Of a stretch of DNA of 64,000 nucleotides, positions 19,326-28,038 are shown piece by piece. This stretch comes from Thermoplasmata archaeon (GTDB lineage: Archaea; Thermoplasmatota; Thermoplasmata; Lutacidiplasmatales; UBA184), in NCBI GenBank assembly GCA_033854115.1, contig JAWOKS010000008.1:9828-73827 (forward strand). The letters run 5' to 3'. The notes below the pieces were generated by a model that was given only the letters and a program-made list of their open reading frames with translations, was not told the origin of the DNA and ran no database searches. How positions within the stretch are numbered: position 1 is the stretch's first letter; each line of letters opens with the position of its first letter. The translations under genes were made by a program, and so were the position numbers.

Positions 19326-20732
19326 TTAATGCGGTTTGCCCGACGGCGTCGGGGAGACCGGAACGGCCGCGGGAGGGGCGACGGGGGCCCCGTCCGTGGT
19401 CGGAGGGGTCCCCGCCCGGCGGCGGGCGTAGGCGAGCGACGCGAGCGCCCAGAGCGGGACCGAGGCGATCAGGACGCCGCCCGAGACGAGGAAGACGAGC
19501 CGGAAACTCCCGAAGAGGGAGAGGATCCCGCTGAGCCCGGCCCCCGCGACCGCGGCGACCCCGCCGAGGGCGCTGTTGAGGCCGAGGAGGCGCCCCGGGT
19601 CCCGGGGGCCGAGCCCCCGGAAGAGCATGAGGGAGCTCGCGGTCGTGTAGACCGCGATCGCCCCGCCGAGGAGCGCGTAGACGGCGACGTTGGCGTCGAA
19701 GGTCGCGCCGCGCGATAGGACCGCGAAGGTGAAGCCGGCCGTCGCGAGGTAGCCGAGGCTGCGCGCGTAGGTCGCCTGGCCGACCAGGCGGTCGGCCCCG
19801 AGGCGGTTCGCGAGCCCCCCCGTGAACGGGAAGACGAGCGTCTGGACGAAGTTGTTCGAGAGGTTGACGAGGAAGATCGCCGACGCCGCGAGCCCCGCCG
19901 AGTAGAGGTACGGGGTGTAGGAGATGTTGAACAGGTTCCCGGAGAGGTTGAACAGGAACGAGGCGATCATGATGAGCGGGAGCTCGTGGTGGAGCTCCTC
20001 GCGGGCCCAGCGGCGGAACCTCGCGACCGGATGCGCCCTCCACTTCGGGCGGTGCGGGAAGAACGGGACCGCGGACCGCTCGAAGTGGGGGCGGAGGCGC
20101 GAGAAGAGGCTCTCGGGGTGGCGCGCCACGTGGCGGGTCGTGAGCGGGCGCGGGCCCTCGGAGATCCCGAACCAGAGCGCGACCGCGCTCGCGGCGGAGA
20201 GCCCCGCGAGGACCCAGAGGAGGGTGAGGAGGGCGTCGTTCGCGCTCGTCCAGAAGAAGCCGATGAGGAGGCCCGCGATCGAGCCGATCATGCTCATCTC
20301 CTGGAACGAGGCGAACGCGGTCGCGCGCTCGCCCTCCCCGAACTTCTCGAGGATGAGGAGGTTCGAGGCGCTCACCCCGGCCGGCGCGATCGTGCCGAGC
20401 GCGGTGTAGATCGCGTAGAGCTCGTAGACCGAGCCGACGCGCGTGAGCGCCGCGTAGAGCGCGGCGAAGCCGGCGTAGTTGATGACGAGGAAGAGCCGGC
20501 GGCGGGGGTAGGTGTCGGCGAGGTGGCCCCAGCCGATCGAGGCGAGGATGACGGCCCCGTTGAAGAGGGTCGCCGCGACGGCGACGTCGGACCACGAGCC
20601 GCGGAGCTGGATCAGGATCAGGAGCGGCAGAACGACCGAGAAGCCGGCGGTCGCCGCGTTGAACGGGACGAACGCGAGGAGCCAGGGTCGGGCGACGAGA
20701 CGGCCCGACCAGGTCCGGAACGGAACGGCCAT
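19326..20732 (-). CDS. MFS transporter
   Basis: 468 aa, about 12-14 TM by eye, with typical MFS loop patterns (GHLADTYPRRRLF). Confidence 0.85.
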   Translation of the reverse strand: MAVPFRTWSGRLVARPWLLAFVPFNAATAGFSVVLPLLILIQLRGSWSDVAVAATLFNGAVILASIGWGHLADTYPRRRLFLVINYAGFAALYAALTRVGSVYELYAIYTALGTIAPAGVSASNLLILEKFGEGERATAFASFQEMSMIGSIAGLLIGFFWTSANDALLTLLWVLAGLSAASAVALWFGISEGPRPLTTRHVARHPESLFSRLRPHFERSAVPFFPHRPKWRAHPVARFRRWAREELHHELPLIMIASFLFNLSGNLFNISYTPYLYSAGLAASAIFLVNLSNNFVQTLVFPFTGGLANRLGADRLVGQATYARSLGYLATAGFTFAVLSRGATFDANVAVYALLGGAIAVYTTASSLMLFRGLGPRDPGRLLGLNSALGGVAAVAGAGLSGILSLFGSFRLVFLVSGGVLIASVPLWALASLAYARRRAGTPPTTDGAPVAPPAAVPVSPTPSGKPH

Positions 20733-20895
20733 GCGGCTCGACCCGGCGCAGGCGCCCGGGGCTTAAGCCGACCGAGTCGACAGGACGGCACGGGACGCGG
20801 GTTCCCTCTCGAAGAACGGGGGTCGTCCTCGGCCGACTGGGACACTCTTATTAAGGGGGGGACTTCTCGCGGCCCCCGAAAGGGGTCGTCCGAGC

Positions 20896-21129
20896 GTGGC
20901 GATCGGATTCGTCCTGATCAGTACGGCCCCGGCGAAGGAGCACGAGGTGTACACCGAGCTGTTGCGGGTGAAGGGGATCGTCGAGCTTCACCCCCTGTTC
21001 GGGGAGTACGACCTGATCGCCAAGGTCGAGGCCGAGGACTTCAACGCGCTCGGCCAGCTCGTGGTCGACAAGATCCGCTCGGTGGCGGGCGTCATCGACA
21101 CCAAGACCCTCACAGGTATCAAATTCTGA
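20896..21129 (+). CDS. Stand-alone Lrp/AsnC ligand-binding (RAM) domain protein
   Basis: 77 aa: MAIGFVLISTAPAKEHEVYTELLRVKGIVELHPLFGEYDLIAKVEAEDFNALGQLVVDKIRSVAGVIDTKTL. GTG start. Confidence 0.8.
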   Translation: MAIGFVLISTAPAKEHEVYTELLRVKGIVELHPLFGEYDLIAKVEAEDFNALGQLVVDKIRSVAGVIDTKTLTGIKF

Positions 21130-21138
21130 GGTAGGAGT

Positions 21139-21471
21139 ATGTTCGGTGGGATAGGTACGGAGCTCAACGTGCAGGGCTGGCAGTTCCTCGAGATCTTCCT
21201 TCTCGTCTTCGCGTTGTTCATGATCCTCGCGGGCGTCTTCACCGCGTACTTCGGGAGCGGGAAGAGCCGGACGATCGGGATCGGCCTGCTCGCCGCGGGC
21301 CTCGTCGTCGGCCTCTTTGCCGGCTACGCCTACAGCGTCGGCTGGCTCAACAGCGGCCACTCCGGCCAACTCGGTACGCTCGTCTGGGAGTCGTTCCTCG
21401 TCATCGTTGCGGCGGTCATCGGCGCGCTGATCGCGGTCGGGATCTTCCTCGTCGCGATCATGAAGTCGTAG
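21139..21471 (+). CDS. Small 3-TM membrane protein (hypothetical)
   Basis: 110-aa hydrophobic ORF. A GGTAGGAG Shine-Dalgarno-like element lies 9 nt downstream of the preceding stop. Confidence 0.5.
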   Translation: MFGGIGTELNVQGWQFLEIFLLVFALFMILAGVFTAYFGSGKSRTIGIGLLAAGLVVGLFAGYAYSVGWLNSGHSGQLGTLVWESFLVIVAAVIGALIAVGIFLVAIMKS

Positions 21472-21490
21472 GCGCGCCCCGTCCCGGGTC

Positions 21491-22336
21491 GTGCCGGCCC
21501 GTCGCCCGACCCGCCGGCGACCTCGCCTCGTCACGCTCTCGAGCGATCTCGGGAGCGCCTACGCGGCGCAGATGAAGGCGGTGCTCATCCACGCGGTCGA
21601 GCCAGGGCGGATCGTCGACCTCGCCCACGACCTCCGCCCCCACGCGGTCGCCGAGGCCGCGTTCGTGGTGCGCGCGATGGGCGAGAGGTTCCCTCGCGGG
21701 ACCGTCCACGTGGTCGTCGTCGACCCGGGGGTCGGCGGCCGACGGCGCGCTCTCGCGATCCGCTGCCGGGACGGCTCCGTGCTCGTCGGACCGGACAACG
21801 GGGTGATGATGCCGCTCGCCGAGGCGCTCGGCCTGGACGCCGCGTTCTCCATCGCGCCGGAGCGGCTCCCGGCGACCGCGCGGGTCGGCACGACGTTCGA
21901 CGGGAGGGACGTCTTCGCGCCGGCCGCCGCCTTCCTCGCCCGGGGCGGGCGGCCCGAGCGGCTCGGTCCGCGGGTGGAGCCCGCCCGGCTCTCCCTCCGC
22001 CCGGCGCGTCGGACCGACGGTGGGGCTGACGGCCGCGTGGTCCACGTCGACCACTTCGGGAACCTCATCACGGACGTGCCGACCCGCTGGGTCCCTCGCG
22101 GGACCCGCGCGGTCGGCCTGCTCGGAGCACGCGGGGCGCGCCGCCTGCCGTGGACGACGAGCTACGAGGCGGGCGGGCCCGGCCGAGCGTTCGCACTGGG
22201 GTCGAGCTTCGGCACGGTCGAGATCGCGGTCGGGGAGGGTCGGGCCGCCGATCGTCTCCACCTCGGCCCCGGCGCGCGCGTGCGACTCCGCTGGATCGGC
22301 GCGGGCCCGGCGCGTCGCCGTGCCGAGAAACCGTAA
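21491..22336 (+). CDS. SAM hydrolase / SAM-dependent halogenase family protein (DUF62)
   Basis: LVTLSSDLGSAYAAQMKAVL, VVVVDPGVGG, LVGPDNGV and VVHVDHFGNLITDV are typical of S-adenosyl-L-methionine hydroxide adenosyltransferases. Confidence 0.85.
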   Translation: MPARRPTRRRPRLVTLSSDLGSAYAAQMKAVLIHAVEPGRIVDLAHDLRPHAVAEAAFVVRAMGERFPRGTVHVVVVDPGVGGRRRALAIRCRDGSVLVGPDNGVMMPLAEALGLDAAFSIAPERLPATARVGTTFDGRDVFAPAAAFLARGGRPERLGPRVEPARLSLRPARRTDGGADGRVVHVDHFGNLITDVPTRWVPRGTRAVGLLGARGARRLPWTTSYEAGGPGRAFALGSSFGTVEIAVGEGRAADRLHLGPGARVRLRWIGAGPARRRAEKP

Positions 22337-22385
22337 GTAAGGACCGACCTAGGACGGGGAGGAGACCCCGCACTCTCCCGGTCCG

Positions 22386-23531
22386 ATGGCCAAGCGAGAC
22401 TACTACGAGGTGCTCGGCGTCGAGCGCGCCGCCTCGAACGACGAGGTGAAGTCGGCGTACCGGCGCCTCGCCCGGCAGTACCATCCGGACGTCTCCAAGG
22501 AGAACCCGAAGGTCGCCGAGGAGAAGTTCAAGGAGCTCTCCGAGGCGTACGAGATCCTCGCGAACCCCGAGAAGCGCCGGCGGTACGATCAGCTCGGGTT
22601 CTCGGGCGTCGAGACCGACTTCGGCCCGAGCGGGTTCACCTGGCAGAACTTCACCCACGTCGAGGACCTCGAGGACCTGTTCGGCGGCTCGCCGTTGTTC
22701 CGCCAGTTCTTCGAGGGGTTCGGCTTCCCGGTCGGCGGCGTCCGGCGCGACCCTGGTCGGGGGACGGATGTCGAGATGACCCTCCGCCTCCCCCTCGTGG
22801 CCGCGGTCCGGGGGGCGACGCCCACGGTCGAGGTCCCGCACATCGGGCCGTGCGCCGACTGTCGTGGCACGGGGGCGAAGAACGGCACGGCGCTCGAGAC
22901 CTGCCCCGACTGCGGCGGGCAAGGCCAGGTCCGGAGGGTCCAGAGCCGCGGCTACACGCAGCTCATCACGATCGGAGAGTGCCCTCGGTGCCGCGGGGCC
23001 GGCCAGCGCATCCTCGAGAAGTGCCCGGCGTGCGGCGGCTCGGGTCGCGTCTCCTCGGTCGAGAAGATCCAGCTCCAGGTGCCTCCGGGGATCGAGGAGG
23101 GAGCGGTCCTCCGGGTCCCGGGGCACGGCTCGGTCGGGCGTGCGGGCGGCCGGCCGGGCGACCTCTACGTGCAGATCGTCTTCGACTCGACCTCGGCGAT
23201 CCGCCGGGAGGGACCCGACGGGTTCACCGAGACGACGGTCCCCCTCGCGACCGCGCTCCTCGGCGGCACGGTGACGGTCCCGACGATCGACGGCCACGCC
23301 GAGCTCAAGGTCCCCCCGGGGACCCAGCCCGAGACCCAGTTCCGCCTCCGGGGCCACGGCTTCCCCCGCCTGCGCGGATCGGCCCGCGGCGATCTCCTCG
23401 TCACGGTCCACGTCGAGGTCCCGCGCTCGCTCGGGGGCCGGGAACGGGAGCTCCTGCGCGAGGCGCTCGGGGCCCCGACGTCGTTCTCGAACGGGCGGAA
23501 GGAGTCGTTCTTCCGGCGGCGGTCGTCGTGA
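22386..23531 (+). CDS. dnaJ: Molecular chaperone DnaJ
   Basis: J domain (DYYEVLGV...YHPD) and four CxxCxGxG repeats (CADCRGTG, CPDCGGQG, CPRCRGAG, CPACGGSG). Confidence 0.93.
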   Translation: MAKRDYYEVLGVERAASNDEVKSAYRRLARQYHPDVSKENPKVAEEKFKELSEAYEILANPEKRRRYDQLGFSGVETDFGPSGFTWQNFTHVEDLEDLFGGSPLFRQFFEGFGFPVGGVRRDPGRGTDVEMTLRLPLVAAVRGATPTVEVPHIGPCADCRGTGAKNGTALETCPDCGGQGQVRRVQSRGYTQLITIGECPRCRGAGQRILEKCPACGGSGRVSSVEKIQLQVPPGIEEGAVLRVPGHGSVGRAGGRPGDLYVQIVFDSTSAIRREGPDGFTETTVPLATALLGGTVTVPTIDGHAELKVPPGTQPETQFRLRGHGFPRLRGSARGDLLVTVHVEVPRSLGGRERELLREALGAPTSFSNGRKESFFRRRSS

Positions 23532-24190
23532 CGCCCGCCGGCGAACGGGCGGAGCCGGACCACTACTACAGCGAGCGGCCCCGGGCCCGGTCGGACCGGC
23601 GGGAGCTGAGGTTCCTCTACCGGGGGGAGCTGCTCGCGTTCGTCGTCGACACCGGGGTGTTCGCTTCCCGGGGGCTCGATCCCGGGAGCGCGCTCCTCAT
23701 CGAGAACCTCGGGCTCCGGCCACGGGACCGCGTCCTCGACCTCGGCTGCGGCTGGGGGGCGGTCGGCGTCGCGGCGGCCCGTTCCGCCCACGAGGGCTCG
23801 GTCGTCCTGACCGACGTGAACCGCCGGGCCGCGCGTCTCGCGGAGGAGAACCTCGCCCGCAACCGCGTCCGGAACGCGGACGTGCGGGTGGGGCGCCTGT
23901 TCGAGCCGGTCGCCGCGGAATCGTTCGATGTCATCGTCACCAACCCGCCGTACCGCGCGGGGCGCCCGCTCGTGCTCGAGCTGCTCGCCGAGGCACCGGC
24001 GCACCTCGCGCCCGGGGGCCGGCTCCTCCTCGTCGGCAAGGGGAGCCAGGGGATCCTCTACTACCAGGGGTGGCTCGCCGAGCACTGGGCTCCCGCGGTG
24101 CGGGTCCTCGCCCGGGGTTCGGGCTACCGCGTCCTCGAGGCACCGGGGCCGGGGGGCGCTCTCGCGCCCCGAGCCCGGCGAAGGGGTTAA
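23528..24190 (+). CDS. Class I SAM-dependent methyltransferase (RsmC/RsmD-like 'methyltransferase small' type)
   Basis: The GTG at 23528 (GTGA overlap with the dnaJ stop) lies inside track ORF 22850..24190. Motif I is VLDLGCGWG and motif IV is VTNPPY. Confidence 0.8.
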   Translation: MTPAGERAEPDHYYSERPRARSDRRELRFLYRGELLAFVVDTGVFASRGLDPGSALLIENLGLRPRDRVLDLGCGWGAVGVAAARSAHEGSVVLTDVNRRAARLAEENLARNRVRNADVRVGRLFEPVAAESFDVIVTNPPYRAGRPLVLELLAEAPAHLAPGGRLLLVGKGSQGILYYQGWLAEHWAPAVRVLARGSGYRVLEAPGPGGALAPRARRRG

Positions 24191-24292
24191 AAGCGGAAGG
24201 GCGCTCGGCCGCCGCCCCCGAGACCTCGGGGACGAAGGCGGGGTCGTGCCTGCCGCTCGTTCGCGGGGCGCGGGGTCCACCGGTACGAGGGA

Positions 24293-25033
24293 GTGAACCG
24301 CATGCCGAAAGAGGCGAAGGAGCCCGACGCGGAGGCCGCGCCGTCGCCCGACGCCGCCCCGGCCGCGCCCGAGAAGACGGCCCGGAAGGAGAAGGCCGGG
24401 AAGGGCAAGGAAGGGAAGGAAAAGAAGGAGGGCAAGGAGGCCAAGGAGCCGAAGGGCAAGGGCCGCCCGGGCGCTCCCGCGAAGACCACCAAGGTCATTC
24501 CCGACAACCCCAACTTCCGGTACATCGTCCGCCTCTCGAACACCGACCTCGACGGGACCCGCTCGACCGCCCTCGCGCTCACGAAGGTGCCGGGCGTCGG
24601 GCTCCGCCTGGCCGAGACGACCTGCCGTCTCGCGCAGGTCGATCCCCACGAGATGATCGGCAACCTGCCCGAGACGACGGTCGAGGGCATCGAGACGACG
24701 CTCCAGTCGCTCCCGAGCAAGGTCCCCCGCTGGATGGTCAACCATCCGAGCGAGCCGGTGCTCGGGGACTCGCCGCACTATCTCGGCGTCGACGTCGAGA
24801 CCCGGCGGCGGGACGATGTCAACGTGATGAAGATGATCCGCAGCTACCGCGGCGTGCGCCACGAACGCGGCCAGAAGGTCCGCGGCCAGCGCACCCGCTC
24901 GAACGGCCGCACGGGCATGGCGGCCGGGGTCCTCAAGAAGGCCGCGAAGGAAGCGGCCGCCGCCGCCGGCAAGGAGGCGGCCGCGCCTGCGGCCCCCGCC
25001 GCCCCCGCGGCCGCGCCGGAGAAGAAGGCGTAG
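24293..25033 (+). CDS. rps13: 30S ribosomal protein uS13 with long low-complexity N- and C-terminal extensions
   Basis: The core FRYIVRLSNTDLDGTRSTALALTKVPGVGLRLA...MKMIRSYRGVRHERGQKVRGQRTRSNGRTG is canonical uS13. It is preceded by ~73 aa of K/E/A/P-rich sequence and followed by ~30 aa of A/P/K-rich tail. Confidence 0.9.
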   Translation: MNRMPKEAKEPDAEAAPSPDAAPAAPEKTARKEKAGKGKEGKEKKEGKEAKEPKGKGRPGAPAKTTKVIPDNPNFRYIVRLSNTDLDGTRSTALALTKVPGVGLRLAETTCRLAQVDPHEMIGNLPETTVEGIETTLQSLPSKVPRWMVNHPSEPVLGDSPHYLGVDVETRRRDDVNVMKMIRSYRGVRHERGQKVRGQRTRSNGRTGMAAGVLKKAAKEAAAAAGKEAAAPAAPAAPAAAPEKKA

Positions 25034-25043
25034 GTAGCTACCG

Positions 25044-25640
25044 ATGGGTGACCCGAAGTTCCTCCGCCGGCGCTACGACACGCCGAAGCATCCGTGGGAA
25101 GGGACCCGCATGGAGGAGGAGCGGAAGCTCCTCGAGCGCTACGGGCTCAAGAACAAGCGGGAGCTCTGGAAGGCCCAGTCGGTCCTCCGGGGGTTCCGTC
25201 GCCAGGCCCGTGAGCTCCAGGCCCGGCTCCGTGCCGGGGAACCCCAGGCGCGCCGGGAGACCGAGCAACTGATCGCGCGGCTCACCCGGCTCGGGATCCT
25301 CACCGTGGGGGGCCCGACGCTCGATGACGTTCTCGCCCTCACGACGGAGGACGTCCTCCGCCGCCGCTTCGAGTGGATCGTGTTCTCGCGCGGCCTCGCT
25401 CCGACCGCGTTCAGCGCGCGCCAGTGGATCGTCCACGGCCACCTGTCCGTGGGGGACCACCGCGTGACCCGCCCCGGCTACCTCGTGCCGTCCGCCGAGG
25501 AGAACCAGCTCGCCTACAGCCCGACGAGCCCGCTCGCGGACGAAGGGCACGCGATGCGGGTCGCGCTCCGCGAGAAGCAGGAGCGCCGGCCGTCCGCACC
25601 CGAGCCCGCCCCGGCGCCGCGGGAGGAGGGAGCCTCGTGA
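25044..25640 (+). CDS. rps4: 30S ribosomal protein uS4
   Basis: [19 protein letters not shown]... and an S4 RNA-binding domain ([24 protein letters not shown]). Confidence 0.93.
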   Translation: MGDPKFLRRRYDTPKHPWEGTRMEEERKLLERYGLKNKRELWKAQSVLRGFRRQARELQARLRAGEPQARRETEQLIARLTRLGILTVGGPTLDDVLALTTEDVLRRRFEWIVFSRGLAPTAFSARQWIVHGHLSVGDHRVTRPGYLVPSAEENQLAYSPTSPLADEGHAMRVALREKQERRPSAPEPAPAPREEGAS

Positions 25641-26020
25641 CGAAGGTCGGGATCGCGCACATCTTCGCGAGCTACAACAACATCCACATCACCGTCACCG
25701 ACATCACCGGGGCGGAGACGCTCGCCAAGGCGACCGGCGGGATGGTCGTGAAGGCGGCGCGCGACGAGTCGAGCCCGTACGCTGCGATGAAGGCCGCCGA
25801 CCAGATCGCGGCGGTCCTCAAGGAGAAGGGCTACGAGACGCTCCATGTGCGCGTGCGGGCGCCGGGCGGCAACCGTTCGCGTTCCCCGGGTCCCGGGGCA
25901 CAGGCCGCGATCCGCGCCCTCGCCCGCGCCGGGGTCAAGATCCAGCGGATCGAGGACGTGACGCCGGTGCCGCACGACGGCACGAAGCCGAAGGGCGGCC
26001 GGCGCGGACGCCGGGTGTAG
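25637..26020 (+). CDS. rps11: 30S ribosomal protein uS11
   Basis: The GTG at 25637 (GTGA overlap with the rps4 stop) gives [37 protein letters not shown]...[31 protein letters not shown]. Confidence 0.93.
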   Translation: MTKVGIAHIFASYNNIHITVTDITGAETLAKATGGMVVKAARDESSPYAAMKAADQIAAVLKEKGYETLHVRVRAPGGNRSRSPGPGAQAAIRALARAGVKIQRIEDVTPVPHDGTKPKGGRRGRRV

Positions 26021-26022
26021 GC

Positions 26023-26868
26023 ATGCCGGTCACGATCGAGGCGCTCAAGCCGCGCGGTTCCTCCCTCGAGCTCGAGGGGGTCTCGGCCGCTCAGGCGAAC
26101 GCGATCCGGCGCACGCTGCTCTCGGACGTGCCGAAGCTCGCGATCGAGGACGTCGAGTTCCATCTCGGCCCGATCCGGGACGAGGCGACGGGAAAGGACT
26201 ACGACTCGTCGACGAGCATGTTCGACGAGGGCGTGGCCCTCCGGCTCGGCCTGCTCCCGATCCCGACGAACCTCTCCGAGTTCCGCCGGAAGTCCGACTG
26301 CACCTGCGGCGGCCAGGGGTGTGCCCACTGCCAGGTGATGTACTCCATCGACCGGAAGGGGCCGTGCACGGTCTACGCGAAGGACGTGGTTCCGCTCGGG
26401 GACTCCACGCTCGCGATCCTCGAACCGGACGTGCCGATCGTCCGCCTCGGCGCGCGCCAGGCGCTCCTCGCCTACGCGACCGCGGTCGTCGGCACGGCGC
26501 GCGAGCACGCGAAGTGGCAGGTCGCGCACGCGGTCGGGATCTTCCCGCGGCCGCACGTCAAGATCGCCCGCAAGGAAGGCTGCACCGACGCCTGCCTCCG
26601 CCGGGTGAGCGCGTCCTGCCCGGTGAACATCCTGCCGTTCGCGGACGGGAAGCTCACCGTCACGGACGAGGTGAAGTGCATCGACTGCAAGGCGTGCGAG
26701 AAGACGTGCGAGCACGGCTCGGTGCACATCGAGCCGGACGAGGAGCGCTTCTTCCTCCGGTTCGAGACCGACGGTTCGCTCTCCGCGCGCGAGGCGCTCC
26801 GCTTCGCGCTCAAGGACCTCAAGCGCCGCTTCGAGGAGCTGCGCGAGGCGGTCCAGGCGATCCCGTAG
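26023..26868 (+). CDS. rpoD: DNA-directed RNA polymerase subunit D (Rpo3) with a ferredoxin-like Cys domain
   Basis: Position follows uS13-uS4-uS11. N-terminal ANAIRRTLLSDVPKLAIEDVEF. Cys clusters CTCGGQGCAHC and CPVN...CIDCKACEKTC. Confidence 0.9.
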   Translation: MPVTIEALKPRGSSLELEGVSAAQANAIRRTLLSDVPKLAIEDVEFHLGPIRDEATGKDYDSSTSMFDEGVALRLGLLPIPTNLSEFRRKSDCTCGGQGCAHCQVMYSIDRKGPCTVYAKDVVPLGDSTLAILEPDVPIVRLGARQALLAYATAVVGTAREHAKWQVAHAVGIFPRPHVKIARKEGCTDACLRRVSASCPVNILPFADGKLTVTDEVKCIDCKACEKTCEHGSVHIEPDEERFFLRFETDGSLSAREALRFALKDLKRRFEELREAVQAIP

Positions 26869-27928
26869 AGCGCGAGGCGCTCGTCCAGTCGTAGCGCAGG
26901 ATCGCGGCGATCCCGCCGAACCCTGCGAGCCGCTTTCCCGGCGGGTCGTCGGCGCGCACCACCAAGAGGCGCGCCCGGGCCGCGCGGGCCCGCTCGAGGA
27001 GGCCGCTCACCTCCGCGTCGGGCAGGAGGTTCTCGCTCACGAGGACGGTCTCGGCCGCGCCGGCGTTCACCGCCTCGTCGACCTCGCGCCGGCCCACGGC
27101 GGCCCGCCGCCCCCCCGCGACGGCCTCCACGAGGCGCTCGACGACCTCCGCCTCCTCGGCTGCCACGCTATGGCGGAGGACCTCGCTCGCGCGGCCGCTC
27201 CGGAGGAGCTCGTCGACCCCCGTCCGGCCCGCCTCCGAGGTCGGGTAGACCTTCACCTTGCGCGCGAGCGCGGGCTCGGTCTCCGCGAGACGCCGGGAGA
27301 GCGCCTCCTTGAGGAAGCCCGGGCCGGCGATCACGACGGCGGTCGCGGCCGCCCCCTCCCGCACGAGGACGCCGCGGAGCTCCTCGAGGTAGCTCGCGCG
27401 GTCCTTCTCGCCCTGGCCGCCCGGGAACCGCTTCCCTGCGATCGTGCGGCGGACGTCAGCGAGCGGCTCGACCGCACGCCCCCGCAGCCGGACGATCGAT
27501 GAGTCGCCCCAGTCGACCGCCGCGATGAGGATCGTCGGGTCGCCCCGGCCCGCGAGGCCCTCGTCGAGCAGGGCGCGTTCCCCGGCGCCGAGGCTCGGCT
27601 TCACGACGGTGACGTCCTCGCCCTCCGCGAGGTCGAGCGTGTGGTGGCGTCCGAGGTCGAACGGGCCCTCGACGATCGGGCCGGTGATGCGGACGTGCTT
27701 CGAGAACCCGTGGAACTCGACCTGTTCGGCGCGGACCGCGAGGTAGACCCGCCGACGCGCCCTCTCCGCCCCCGGGACGTCCGCAGGGGCCTCCGGGTCC
27801 CGCCGGGTCGTCGACGCCCCGACGAGCTCCCCGGGGCGGACGAGCCGCGCGATCCTCCAGAGATCGCTCGGGGTCTCGAGGCGGAGACGGTAGGTCCCGG
27901 TCGTCGCGTCCCTCGAGAGCAGGCGCAC
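26819..27928 (-). CDS. pelA: Pelota (mRNA surveillance / ribosome rescue factor)
   Basis: MRLLSRDATTGTYRLRLETPSDLWRIARLVRPGELV... and a C-terminal eRF1-like domain ending GGIAAILRY. A further 28 aa follow before the first stop, overlapping the rpoD 3' end by 50 nt. Confidence 0.9.
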   Translation of the reverse strand: MRLLSRDATTGTYRLRLETPSDLWRIARLVRPGELVGASTTRRDPEAPADVPGAERARRRVYLAVRAEQVEFHGFSKHVRITGPIVEGPFDLGRHHTLDLAEGEDVTVVKPSLGAGERALLDEGLAGRGDPTILIAAVDWGDSSIVRLRGRAVEPLADVRRTIAGKRFPGGQGEKDRASYLEELRGVLVREGAAATAVVIAGPGFLKEALSRRLAETEPALARKVKVYPTSEAGRTGVDELLRSGRASEVLRHSVAAEEAEVVERLVEAVAGGRRAAVGRREVDEAVNAGAAETVLVSENLLPDAEVSGLLERARAARARLLVVRADDPPGKRLAGFGGIAAILRYDWTSASRSTGSPGPPRAAPRSGA

Positions 27929-28038
27929 GCCCGGACCCCAGCGGCGTCCGACGGTCCCGGGCTACAAGCCCGTTTCGCCCGCTCGGGCGAGCCGAGTTCG
28001 ATAGGTTCATAGCGGAAACCGGCGGTGGGCGCTCTGCC

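Noticed and set aside
24385-24470. Purine-rich AAG/GAG/GGC tract that looks like a microsatellite or repeat array
   Set aside because: It is in frame within rps13 and encodes the K/E/G-rich extension. It is imperfect, has no spacer-repeat periodicity, and is not a CRISPR or tandem repeat locus.
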